The translations under genes and the position numbers were made by a program. The notes under the pieces are model-generated. The model had not been told where the DNA came from. It did not search any database and saw only the letters and a list, made by a program, of their open reading frames with translations. Source: Auanema rhodensis (Eukaryota > Animalia > Nematoda). From it: a DNA stretch of 64,000 nucleotides. Of the stretch, positions 44,701 through 58,000 are shown one piece after another (within the stretch, counting starts at the first letter, position 1; each line of letters starts with the position of its first letter). The stretch lies in assembly GCA_964057225.1 (NCBI GenBank), contig CAXKVF010000085.1:239303-303302 (forward strand). Direction: 5' to 3'.

Positions 44701-47700
44701 ACGTGATGTGCACTTGGTATGTAACTCGCTTCACGTGAAAGATGAAGAGATGCGGTTTTCAAAATTAGATTCCCCATGTCCATATTAGTCTAAAAACAAA
44801 TTTTTATTGATATTGGTGCATGGTAACCATGACTTTGAAATTTACGTGAACTTTAATTTATGCTAATTAAATGTACACGTGATGTGCACTTGGTATGTAA
44901 CTCGCTTCACGTGAAAGATGAAGAGATGCGGTTTTCAAAATTAGATTCCCCATGTCCATATTAGTCTAAAAACAAATTTTTATTGATATTGGTGCATGGT
45001 AACCATGACTTTGAAATTTACGTGAACTTTAATTTATGCTAATTAAATGTACACGTGATGTGCACTTGGTATGTAACTCGCTTCACGTGAAAGATGAAGA
45101 GATGCGGTTTTCAAAATTAGATTCCCCATGTCCATATTAGTCTAAAAACAAATTTTTATTGACATTGGTGCATGGTAACCATGACTTTGAAATTTACGTG
45201 AACTTTAATTTATGCTAATTAAATGTACACGTGATGTGCACTTGGTTTGTAACTCGCTTCACGTGAAAGATAAAGAGATGCGGTTTTCAAAATTAGATTC
45301 CCCATGTCCATATTAGTCTAAAAACAAATTTTTATTGATATTGGTGCATGGTAACCATGACTTTGAAATTTACGTGAACTTTAATTTATGCTAATTAAAT
45401 GTACACGTGATGTGCACTTGGTATGTAACTCGCTTCACGTGAAAGATGAAGAGATGCGGTTTTCAAAATTAGATTCCCCATGTCCATATTAGTCTAAAAA
45501 CAAATTTTTATTGATATTGGTGCATGGTAACCATGACTTTGAAATTTACGTGAACTTTAATTTATGCTAATTAAATGTACACGTGATGTGCACTTGGTAT
45601 GTAACTCGCTTCACGTGAAAGATGAAGAGATGCGGTTTTCAAAATTAGATTCCCCATGTCCATATTAGTCTAAAAACAAATTTTTATTGACATTGGTGCA
45701 TGGTAACCATGACTTTGAAATTTACGTGAACTTTAATTTATGCTAATTAAATGTACACGTGATGTGCACTTGGTATGTAACTCGCTTCACGTGAAAGATG
45801 AAGAGATGCGGTTTTCAAAATTAGATTCCCCATGTCCATATTAGTCTAAAAACAAATTTTTATTGATATTGGTGCATGGTAACCATGACTTTGAAATTTA
45901 CGTGAACTTTAATTTATGCTAATTAAATGTACACGTGATGTGCACTTGGTATGTAACTCGCTTCACGTGAAAGATAAATAGATGCGGTTTTCAAAATTAG
46001 ATTCCCCATGTCCATATTAGTCTAAAAACAAATTTTTATTGATATTGGTTCATGGTAACCATGACTTTGAAATTTACGTGAACTTTAATTTATGCTAATT
46101 AAATGTACACGTGATGTGCACTTGGTATGTAACTCGCTTCACGTGAAAGATGAAGAGATGCGGTTTTCAAAATTAGATTCCCCATGTCCATATTAGTCTA
46201 AAAACAAATTTTTATTGATATTGGTGCATGGTAACCATGACTTTGAAATTTACGTGAACTTTAATTTATGCTAATTAAATGTACACGTGATGTGCACTTG
46301 GTATGTAACTCGCTTCACGTGAAAGATAAAGAGATGCGGTTTTCAAAATTAGATTCCCCATGTCCATATTAGTCTAAAAACAAATTTTTATTGATATTGG
46401 TGCATGGTAACCATGACTTTGAAATTTACGTGAACTTTAATTTATGCTAATTAAATGTACACGTGATGTGCACTTGGTATGTAACTCGCTTCACGTGAAA
46501 GATGAAGAGATGCGGTTTTCAAAATTAGATTCCCCATGTCCATATTAGTCTAAAAACAAATTTTTATTGATATTGGTGCATGGTAACCATGACTTTGAAA
46601 TTTACGTGAACTTTAATTTATGCTAATTAAATGTACACGTGATGTGCACTTGGTATGTAACTCGCTTCACGTGAAAGATAAAGAGATGCGGTTTTCAAAA
46701 TTAGATTCCCCATGTCCATATTAGTCTAAAAACAAATTTTTATTGATATTGGTTCATGGTAACCATGACTTTGAAATTTACGTGAACTTTAATTTATGCT
46801 AATTAAATGTACACGTGATGTGCACTTGGTATGTACTTCGCTTCACGTGAAAGATAAAGAGATGCGGTTTTCAAAATTAGATTCCCATGTCCATATTAGT
46901 CTAAAAACAAATTTTTATTGATATTGGTTCATGGTAACCATGACTTTGAAATTTACGTGAACTTTAATTTATGCTAATTAAATGTACACGTGATGTGCAC
47001 TTGGTATGTAACTCGCTTCACGTGAAAGATAAAGAGATGCGGTTTTCAAAATTAGATTCCCCATGTCCATATTAGTCTAAAAACAAATTTTTATTGATAT
47101 TGGTGCATGGTAACCATGACTTTGAAATTTACGTGAACTTTAATTTATGCTAATTAAATGTACACGTGATGTGCACTTGGTATGTAACTCGCTTCACGTG
47201 AAAGATGAAGAGATGCGGTTTGCAAAATTAGATTCCCCATGTCCATATTAGTCTAAAAACAAATTTTTATTGACATTGGTGCATGGTAACCATGACTTTG
47301 AAATTTACGTGAACTTTAATTTATGCTAATTAAATGTACACGTGATGTGCACTTGGTATGTAACTCGCTTCACGTGAAAGATAAAGAGATGCGGTTTTCA
47401 AAATTAGATTCCCCATGTCCATATTAGTCTAAAAACAAATTTTTATTGATATTGGTGCATGGTAACCATGACTTTGAAATTTACGTGAACTTTAATTTAT
47501 GCTAATTAAATGTACACGTGATGTGCACTTGGTATGTAACTCGCTTCACGTGAAAGATGAAGAGATGCGGTTTTCAAAATTAGATTCCCCATGTCCATAT
47601 TAGTCTAAAAACAAATTTTTATTGATATTGGTGCATGGTAACCATGACTTTGAAATTTACGTGAACTTTAATTTATGCTAATTAAATGTACACGTGATGT

Positions 47701-49985
47701 GCACTTGGTATGTAACTCGCTTCACGTGAAAGATGAAGAGATGCGGTTTTCAAAATTAGATTCCCCATGTCCATATTAGTCTAAAAACAAATTTTTATTG
47801 ATATTGGTGCATGGTAACCATGACTTTGAAATTTACGTGAACTTTAATTTATGCTAATTAAATGTACACGTGATGTGCACTTGGTATGTAACTCGCTTCA
47901 CGTGAAAGATAAAGAGATGCGGTTTTCAAAATTAGATTCCCCATGTCCATATTAGTCTAAAAACAAATTTTTATTGATATTGGTTCATGGTAACCATGAC
48001 TTTGAAATTTACGTGAACTTTAATTTATGCTAATTAAATGTACACGTGATGTGCACTTGGTATGTAACTCGCTTCACGTGAAAGATAAAGAGATGCGGTT
48101 TTCAAAATTAGATTCCCCATGTCCATATTAGTCTAAAAACAAATTTTTATTGATATTGGTGCATGGTAACCATGACTTTGAAATTTACGTGAACTTTAAT
48201 TTATGCTAATTAAATGTACACGTGATGGGCACTTGGTATGTAACTCGCTTCACGTGAAAGATAAAGAGATGCGGTTCTCAAAATTAGATTCCCCATGTCC
48301 ATATTAGTCTAAAAACAAATTTTTATTGATATTGGTTCATGGTAACCATGACTTTGAAATTTACGTGAACTTTAATTTATGCTAATTAAATGTACACGTG
48401 ATGTGCACTTGGTATGTAACTCGCTTCACGTGAAAGATAAAGAGATGCGGTTTTCAAAATTAGATTCCCCATGTCCATATTAGTCTAAAAACAAATTTTT
48501 ATTGATATTGGTGCATGGTAACCATGACTTTGAAATTTACGTGAACTTTAATTTATGCTAATTAAATGTACACGTGATGTGCACTTGGTATGTAACTCGC
48601 TTCACGTGAAAGATAAAGAGATGCGGTTTTCAAAATTAGATTCCCCATGTCCATATTAGTCTAAAAACAAATTTTTATTGATATTGGTGCATGGTAACCA
48701 TGACTTTGAAATTTACGTGAACTTTAATTTATGCTAATTAAATGTACACGTGATGTGCACTTGGTATGTAACTCGCTTCACGTGAAAGATAACGAGATGC
48801 GGTTTTCAAAATTAGATTCCCCATGTCCATATTAGTCTAAAAACAAATTTTTATTGGTATTGGTTCATGGTAACCATGACTTTGAAATTTACGTGAACTT
48901 TAATTTATGCTAATTAAATGTACACGTGATGTGCACTTGGTATGTAACTCGCTTCACGTGAAAGATGAAGAGATGCGGTTTTCAAAATTAGATTCCCCAT
49001 GTCCATATTAGTCTAAAAACAAATTTTTATTGATATTGGTGCATGGTAACCATGACTTTGAAATTTACGTGAACTTTAATTTATGCTAATTAAATGTACA
49101 CGTGATGTGCACTTGGTATGTAACTCGCTTCACGTGAAAGATGAAGAGATGCGGTTTTCAAAATTAGATTCCCCATGTCCATATTAGTCTAAAAACAAAT
49201 TTTTATTGATATTGGTGCATGGTAACCATGACTTTGAAATTTACGTGAACTTTAATTTATGCTAATTAAATGTACACGTGATGTGCACTTGGTATGTAAC
49301 TCGCTTCACGTGAAAGATGAAGAGATGCGGTTTTCAAAATTAGATTCCCCATGTCCATATTAGTCTAAAAACAAATTTTTATTGACATTGGTGCATGGTA
49401 ACCATGACTTTGAAATTTACGTGAACTTTAATTTATGCTAATTAAATGTACACGTGATGTGCACTTGGTTTGTAACTCGCTTCACGTGAAAGATAAAGAG
49501 ATGCGGTTTTCAAAATTAGATTCCCCATGTCCATATTAGTCTAAAAACAAATTTTTATTGATATTGGTGCATGGTAACCATGACTTTGAAATTTACGTGA
49601 ACTTTAATTTATGCTAATTAAATGTACACGTGATGTGCACTTGGTATGTAACTCGCTTCACGTGAAAGATGAAGAGATGCGGTTTTCAAAATTAGATTCC
49701 CCATGTCCATATTAGTCTAAAAACAAATTTTTATTGATATTGGTGCATGGTAACCATGACTTTGAAATTTACGTGAACTTTAATTTATGCTAATTAAATG
49801 TACACGTGATGTGCACTTGGTATGTAACTCGCTTCACGTGAAAGATGAAGAGATGCGGTTTTCAAAATTAGATTCCCCATGTCCATATTAGTCTAAAAAC
49901 AAATTTTTATTGACATTGGTGCATGGTAACCATGACTTTGAAAATTACGTGAACTTTAATTTATGCTAATTAAATGTACACGTGA
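41716..49985. repeat. 23/24-mer higher-order repeat, 2 copies (41716-45762, 45763-49985)
   Basis: G41T and the 175-bp monomer carrying AC18-19CT plus a 1-bp C deletion recur at +4047 bp (42772, 46819). T3G+T52C, A40C+A104G and A13T recur at +4223 bp after one extra monomer. Confidence 0.9.
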
Positions 49986-52900
49986 TGTGCACTTGGTATG
50001 TAACTCGCTTCACGTGAAAGATAAAGAGATGCGGTTTTCAAAATTAGATTCCCCATGTCCATATTAGTCTAAAAACAAATTTTTATTGATATTGGTGCAT
50101 GGTAACCATGACTTTGAAATTTACGTGAACTTTAATTTATGCTAATTAAATGTACACGTGATGTGCACTTGGTATGTAACTCGCTTCACGTGAAAGATGA
50201 AGAGATGCGGTTTTCAAAATTAGATTCCCCATGTCCATATTAGTCTAAAAACAAATTTTTATTGATATTGGTGCATGGTAACCATGACTTTGAAATTTAC
50301 GTGAACTTTAATTTATGCTAATTAAATGTACACGTGATGTGCACTTGGTATGTAACTCGCTTCACGTGAAAGATAAGGAGATGCGGTTTTCAAAATTAGA
50401 TTCCCCATGTCCATATTAGTCTAAAAACAAATTTTTATTGATATTGGTGCATGGTAACCATGACTTTGAAATTTACGTGAACTTTAATTTATGCTAATTA
50501 AATGTACACGTGATGGGCACTTGGTATGTAACTCGCTTCACGTGAAAGATAAAGAGATGCGGTTTTCAAAATTAGATTCCCCATGTCCATATTAGTCTAA
50601 AAACAAATTTTTATTGACATTGGTGCATGGTAACCATGACTTTGAAATTTACGTGAACTTTAATTTATGCTAATTAAATGTACACGTGATGTGCACTTGG
50701 TATGTAACTCGCTTCACGTGAAAGATAAAGAGATGCGGTTTTCAAAATTAGATTCCCCATGTCCATATTAGTCTAAAAACAAATTTTTATTGATATTGGT
50801 GCATGGTAACCATGACTTTGAAATTTACGTGAACTTTAATTTATGCTAATTAAATGTACACGTGATGGGCACTTGGTATGTAACTCGCTTCACGTGAAAG
50901 ATAAAGAGATGCGGTTTTCAAAATTAGATTCCCCATGTCCATATTAGTCTAAAAACAAATTTTTATTGATATTGGTTCATGGTAACCATGACTTTGAAAT
51001 TTACGTGAACTTTAATTTATGCTAATTAAATGTACACGTGATGTGCACTTGGTATGTAACTCGCTTCACGTGAAAGATAAAGAGATGCGGTTTTCAAAAT
51101 TAGATTCCCCATGTCCATATTAGTCTAAAAACAAATTTTTATTGATATTGGTGCATGGTAACCATGACTTTGAAATTTACGTGAACTTTAATTTATGCTA
51201 ATTAAATGTACACGTGATGTGCACTTGGTATGTAACTCGCTTCACGTGAAAGATGAAGAGATGCGGTTTTCAAAATTAGATTCCCCATGTCCATATTAGT
51301 CTAAAAACAAATTTTTATTGATATTGGTGCATGGTAACCATGACTTTGAAATTTACGTGAACTTTAATTTATGCTAATTAAATGTACACGTGATGTGCAC
51401 TTGGTATGTAACTCGCTTCACGTGAAAGATGAAGAGATGCGGTTTTCAAAATTAGATTCCCCATGTCCATATTAGTCTAAAAACAAATTTTTATTGACAT
51501 TGGTGCATGGTAACCATGACTTTGAAATTTACGTGAACTTTAATTTATGCTAATTAAATGTACACGTGATGTGCACTTGGTATGTAACTCGCTTCACGTG
51601 AAAGATAAAGAGATGCGGTTTTCAAAATTAGATTCCCCATGTCCATATTAGTCTAAAAACAAATTTTTATTAATATTGGTGCATGGTAACCATGACTTTG
51701 AAATTTACGTGAACTTTAATTTATGCTAATTAAATGTACACGTGATGGGCACTTGGTATGTAACTCGCTTCACGTGAAAGATAAAGAGATGCGGTTTTCA
51801 AAATTAGATTCCCCATGTCCATATTAGTCTAAAAACAAATTTTTATTGATATTGGTTCATGGTAACCATGACTTTGAAATTTACGTGAACTTTAATTTAT
51901 GCTAATTAAATGTACACGTGATGTGCACTTGGTATGTAACTCGCTTCACGTGAAAGATAACGAGATGCGGTTTTCAAAATTAGATTCCCCATGTCCATAT
52001 TAGTCTAAAAACAAATTTTTATTGATATTGGTTCATGGTAACCATGACTTTGAAATTTACGTGAACTTTAATTTATGCTAATTAAATGTACACGTGATGT
52101 GCACTTGGTATGTAACTCGCTTCACGTGAAAGATAAAGAGATGCGGTTTTCAAAATTAGATTCCCCATGTCCATATTAGTCTAAAAACAAATTTTTATTG
52201 ATATTGGTGCATGGTAACCATGACTTTGAAATTTACGTGAACTTTAATTTATGCTAATTAAATGTACACGTGATGTGCACTTGGTATGTAACTCGCTTCA
52301 CGTGAAAGATAAAGAGATGCGGTTTTCAAAATTAGATTCCCCATGTCCATATTAGTTTAAAAACAAATTTTTATTGATATTGGTGCATGGTAACCATGAC
52401 TTTGAAATTTACGTGAACTTTAATTTATGCTAATTAAATGTACACGTGATGTGCACTTGGTATGTAACTCGCTTCACGTGAAAGATAAAGAGATGCGGTT
52501 TTCAAAATTAGATTCCCCATGTCCATATTAGTCTAAAAACAAATTTTCATTGATATTGGTTCATGGTAACCATGACTTTGAAATTTACGTGAACTTTAAT
52601 TTATGCTAATTAAATGTACACGTGATGTGCACTTGGTATGTAACTCGCTTCACGTGAAAGATAAAGAGATGCGGTTTTCAAAATTAGATTCCCCATGTCC
52701 ATATTAGTCTAAAAACAAATTTTTATTGATATTGGTGCATGGTAACCATGACTTTGAAATTTACGTGAACTTTAATTTATGCTAATTAAATGTACACGTG
52801 ATGTGCACTTGGTATGTAACTCGCTTCACGTGAAAGATAAAGAGATGCGGTTTTCAAAATTAGATTCCCCATGTCCATATTAGTCTAAAAACAAATTTTT

Positions 52901-55089
52901 ATTGATATTTGTGCATGGTAACCATGACTTTGAAATTTACGTGAACTTTAATTTATGCTAATTAAATGTACACGTGATGTGCACTTGGTATGTAACTCGC
53001 TTCACGTGAAAGATGAAGAGATGCGGTTTTCAAAATTAGATTCCCCATGTCCATATTAGTCTAAAAACAAATTTTTATTGATATTGGTGCATGGTAACCA
53101 TGACTTTGAAATTTACGTGAACTTTAATTTATGCTAATTAAATGTACACGTGATGTGCACTTGGTATGTAACTCGCTTCACGTGAAAGATGAAGAGATGC
53201 GGTTTTCAAAATTAGATTCCCCATGTCCATATTAGTCTAAAAACAAATTTTTATTGACATTGGTGCATGGTAACCATGACTTTGAAATTTACGTGAACTT
53301 TAATTTATGCTAATTAAATGTACACGTGATGTGCACTTGGTATGTAACTCGCTTCACGTGAAAGATAAAGAGATGCGGTTTTCAAAATTAGATTCCCCAT
53401 GTCCATATTAGTCTAAAAACAAATTTTTATTGATATTGGTTCATGGTAACCATGACTTTGAAATTTACGTGAACTTTAATTTATGCTAATTAAATGTACA
53501 CGTGATGTGCACTTGGTATGTAACTCGCTTCACGTGAAAGATAAAGAGATGCGGTTTTCAAAATTAGATTCCCCATGTCCATATTAGTCTAAAAACAAAT
53601 TTTTATTGATATTGGTTCATGGTAACCATGACTTTGAAATTTACGTGAACTTTAATTTATGCTAATTAAATGTACACGTGATGTGCACTTGGTATGTAAC
53701 TCGCTTCACGTGAAAGATAAAGAGATGCGGTTTTCAAAATTAGATTCCCCATGTCCATATTAGTCTAAAAACAAATTTTTATTGATATTGGTGCATGGTA
53801 ACCATGACTTTGAAATTTACGTGAACTTTAATTTATGCTAATTAAATGTACACGTGATGTGCACTTGGTATGTAACTCGCTTCACGTGAAAGATAAAGAG
53901 ATGCGGTTTTCAAAATTAGATTCCCCATGTCCATATTAGTTTAAAAACAAATTTTTATTGATATTGGTGCATGGTAACCATGACTTTGAAATTTACGTGA
54001 ACTTTAATTTATGCTAATTAAATGTACACGTGATGTGCACTTGGTATGTAACTCGCTTCACGTGAAAGATAAAGAGATGCGGTTTTCAAAATTAGATTCC
54101 CCATGTCCATATTAGTCTAAAAACAAATTTTTATTGATATTGGTTCATGGTAACCATGACTTTGAAATTTACGTGAACTTTAATTTATGATAATTAAATG
54201 TACACGTGATGTGCACTTGGTATGTAACTCGCTTCACGTGAAAGATAAAGAGATGCGGTTTTCAAAATTAGATTCCCCATGTCCATATTAGTCTAAAAAC
54301 AAATTTTTATTGATATTGGTGCATGGTAACCATGACTTTGAAATTTACGTGAACTTTAATTTATGCTAATTAAATGTACACGTGATGTGCACTTGGTATG
54401 TAACTCGCTTCACGTGAAAGATAAAGAGATGCGGTTTTCAAAATTAGATTCCCCATGTCCATATTAGTCTAAAAACAAATTTTTATTGATATTGGTGCAT
54501 GGTAACCATGACTTTGAAAGTTACGTGAACTTTAATTTATGCTAATTAAATGTACACGTGATGTGCACTTGGTATGTAACTCGCTTCACGTGAAAGATAA
54601 AGAGATGCGGTTTTCAAAATTAGATTCCCCATGTCCATATTAGTCTAAAAACAAATTTTTATTGATATTTGTGCATGGTAACCATGACTTTGAAATTTAC
54701 GTGAACTTTAATTTATGCTAATTAAATGTACACGTGATGTGCACTTGGTATGTAACTCGCTTCACGTGAAAGATGAAGAGATGCGGTTTTCAAAATTAGA
54801 TTCCCCATGTCCATATTAGTCTACAAACAAATTTTTATTGATATTGGTGCATGGTAACCATGACTTTGAAATTTACGTGAACTTTAATTTATGCTAATTA
54901 AATGTACACGTGATGTGCACTTGGTATGTAACTCGCTTCACGTGAAAGATGAAGAGATGCGGTTTTCAAAATTAGATTCCCCATGTCCATATTAGTCTAA
55001 AAACAAATTTTTATTGACATTGGTGCATGGTAACCATGACTTTGAAATTTACGTGAACTTTAATTTATGCTAATTAAATGTACACGTGA

Positions 55090-58000
55090 TGTGCACTTGG
55101 TATGTAACTCGCTTCACGTGAAAGATAAAGAGATGCGGTTTTCAAAATTAGATTCCCCATGTCCATATTAGTCTAAAAACAAATTTTTATTGATATTGGT
55201 GCATGGTAACCATGACTTTGAAATTTACGTGAACTTTAATTTATGCTAATTAAATGTACACGTGATGTGCACTTGGTATGTAACTCGCTTCACGTGAAAG
55301 ATGAAGAGATGCGGTTTTCAAAATTAGATTCCCCATGTCCATATTAGTCTAAAAACAAATTTTTATTGATATTGGTGCATGGTAACCATGACTTTGAAAT
55401 TTACGTGAACTTTAATTTATGCTAATTAAATGTACACGTGATGTGCACTTGGTATGTAACTCGCTTCACGTGAAAGATGAAGAGATGCGGTTTTCAAAAT
55501 TAGATTCCCCATGTCCATATTAGTCTAAAAACAAATTTTTATTGACATTGGTGCATGGTAACCATGACTTTGAAATTTACGTGAACTTTAATTTATGCTA
55601 ATTAAATGTACACGTGATGTGCACTTGGTATGTAACTCGCTTCACGTGAAAGATAAAGAGATGCGGTTTTCAAAATTAGATTCCCCATGTCCATATTAGT
55701 CTAAAAACAAATTTTTATTAATATTGGTGCATGGTAACCATGACTTTGAAATTTACGTGAACTTTAATTTATGCTAATTAAATGTACACGTGATGTGCAC
55801 TTGGTATGTAACTCGCTTCACGTGAAAGATAACGAGATGCGGTTTTCAAAATTAGATTCCCCATGTCCATATTAGTCTAAAAACAAATTTTTATTGATAT
55901 TGGTGCATGGTAACCATGACTTTGAAATTTACGTGAACTTTAATTTATGCTAATTAAATGTACACGTGATGGGCACTTGGTATGTAACTCGCTTCACGTG
56001 AAAGATAAAGAGATGCGGTTTTCAAAATTAGATTCCCCATGTCCATATTAGTCTAAAAACAAATTTTTATTGATATTGGTTCATGGTAACCATGACTTTG
56101 AAAGTTACGTGAACTTTAATTTATGCTAATTAAATGTACACGTGATGTGCACTTGGTATGTAACTCGCTTCACGTGAAAGATAAAGAGATGCGGTTTTCA
56201 AAATTAGATTCCCCATGTCCATATTAGTCTAAAAACAAATTTTTATTGACATTGGTGCATGGTAACCATGACTTTGAAATTTACGTGAACTTTAATTTAT
56301 GCTAATTAAATGTACACGTGATGTGCACTTGGTATGTAACTCGCTTCACGTGAAAGATAAAGAGATGCGGTTTTCAAAATTAGATTCCCCATGTCCATAT
56401 TAGTCTAAAAACAAATTTTTATTGATATTGGTGCATGGTAACCATGACTTTGAAATTTACGTGAACTTTAATTTATGCTAATTAAATGTACACGTGATGT
56501 GCACTTGGTATGTAACTCGCTTCACGTGAAAGATGAAGAGATGCGGTTTTCAAAATTAGATTCCCCATGTCCATATTAGTCTAAAAACAAATTTTTATTG
56601 ATATTGGTGCATGGTAACCATGACTTTGAAATTTACGTGAACTTTAATTTATGCTAATTAAATGTACACGTGATGTGCACTTGGTATGTAACTCGCTTCA
56701 CGTGAAAGATGAAGAGATGCGGTTTTCAAAATTAGATTCCCCATGTCCATATTAGTCTAAAAACAAATTTTTATTGACATTGGTGCATGGTAACCATGAC
56801 TTTGAAATTTACGTGAACTTTAATTTATGCTAATTAAATGTACACGTGATGTGCACTTGGTATGTAACTCGCTTCACGTGAAAGATAAAGAGATGCGGTT
56901 TTCAAAATTAGATTCCCCATGTCCATATTAGTCTAAAAACAAATTTTTATTAATATTGGTGCATGGTAACCATGACTTTGAAATTTACGTGAACTTTAAT
57001 TTATGCTAATTAAATGTACACGTGATGTGCACTTGGTATGTAACTCGCTTCACGTGAAAGATAACGAGATGCGGTTTTCAAAATTAGATTCCCCATGTCC
57101 ATATTAGTCTAAAAACAAATTTTTATTGATATTGGTGCATGGTAACCATGACTTTGAAATTTACGTGAACTTTAATTTATGCTAATTAAATGTACACGTG
57201 ATGGGCACTTGGTATGTAACTCGCTTCACGTGAAAGATAAAGAGATGCGGTTTTCAAAATTAGATTCCCCATGTCCATATTAGTCTAAAAACAAATTTTT
57301 ATTGATATTGGTTCATGGTAACCATGACTTTGAAAGTTACGTGAACTTTAATTTATGCTAATTAAATGTACACGTGATGTGCACTTGGTATGGAACTCGC
57401 TTCACGTGAAAGATAAAGAGATGCGGTTTTCAAAATTAGATTCCCCATGTCCATATTAGTCTAAAAACAAATTTTTATTGATATTTGTGCATGGTAACCA
57501 TGACTTTGAAATTTACGTGAACTTTAATTTATGCTAATTAAATGTACACGTGATGTGCACTTGGTATGTAACTCGCTTCACGTGAAAGATGAAGAGATGC
57601 GGTTTTCAAAATTAGATTCCCCATGTCCATATTAGTCTAAAAACAAATTTTTATTGATATTGGTGCATGGTAACCATGACTTTGAAATTTACGTGAACTT
57701 TAATTTATGCTAATTAAATGTACACGTGATGTGCACTTGGTATGTAACTCGCTTCACGTGAAAGATGAAGAGATGCGGTTTTCAAAATTAGATTCCCCAT
57801 GTCCATATTAGTCTAAAAACAAATTTTTATTGACATTGGTGCATGGTAACCATGACTTTGAAATTTACGTGAACTTTAATTTATGCTAATTAAATGTACA
57901 CGTGATGTGCACTTGGTATGTAACTCGCTTCACGTGAAAGATAAAGAGATGCGGTTTTCAAAATTAGATTCCCCATGTCCATATTAGTCTAAAAACAAAT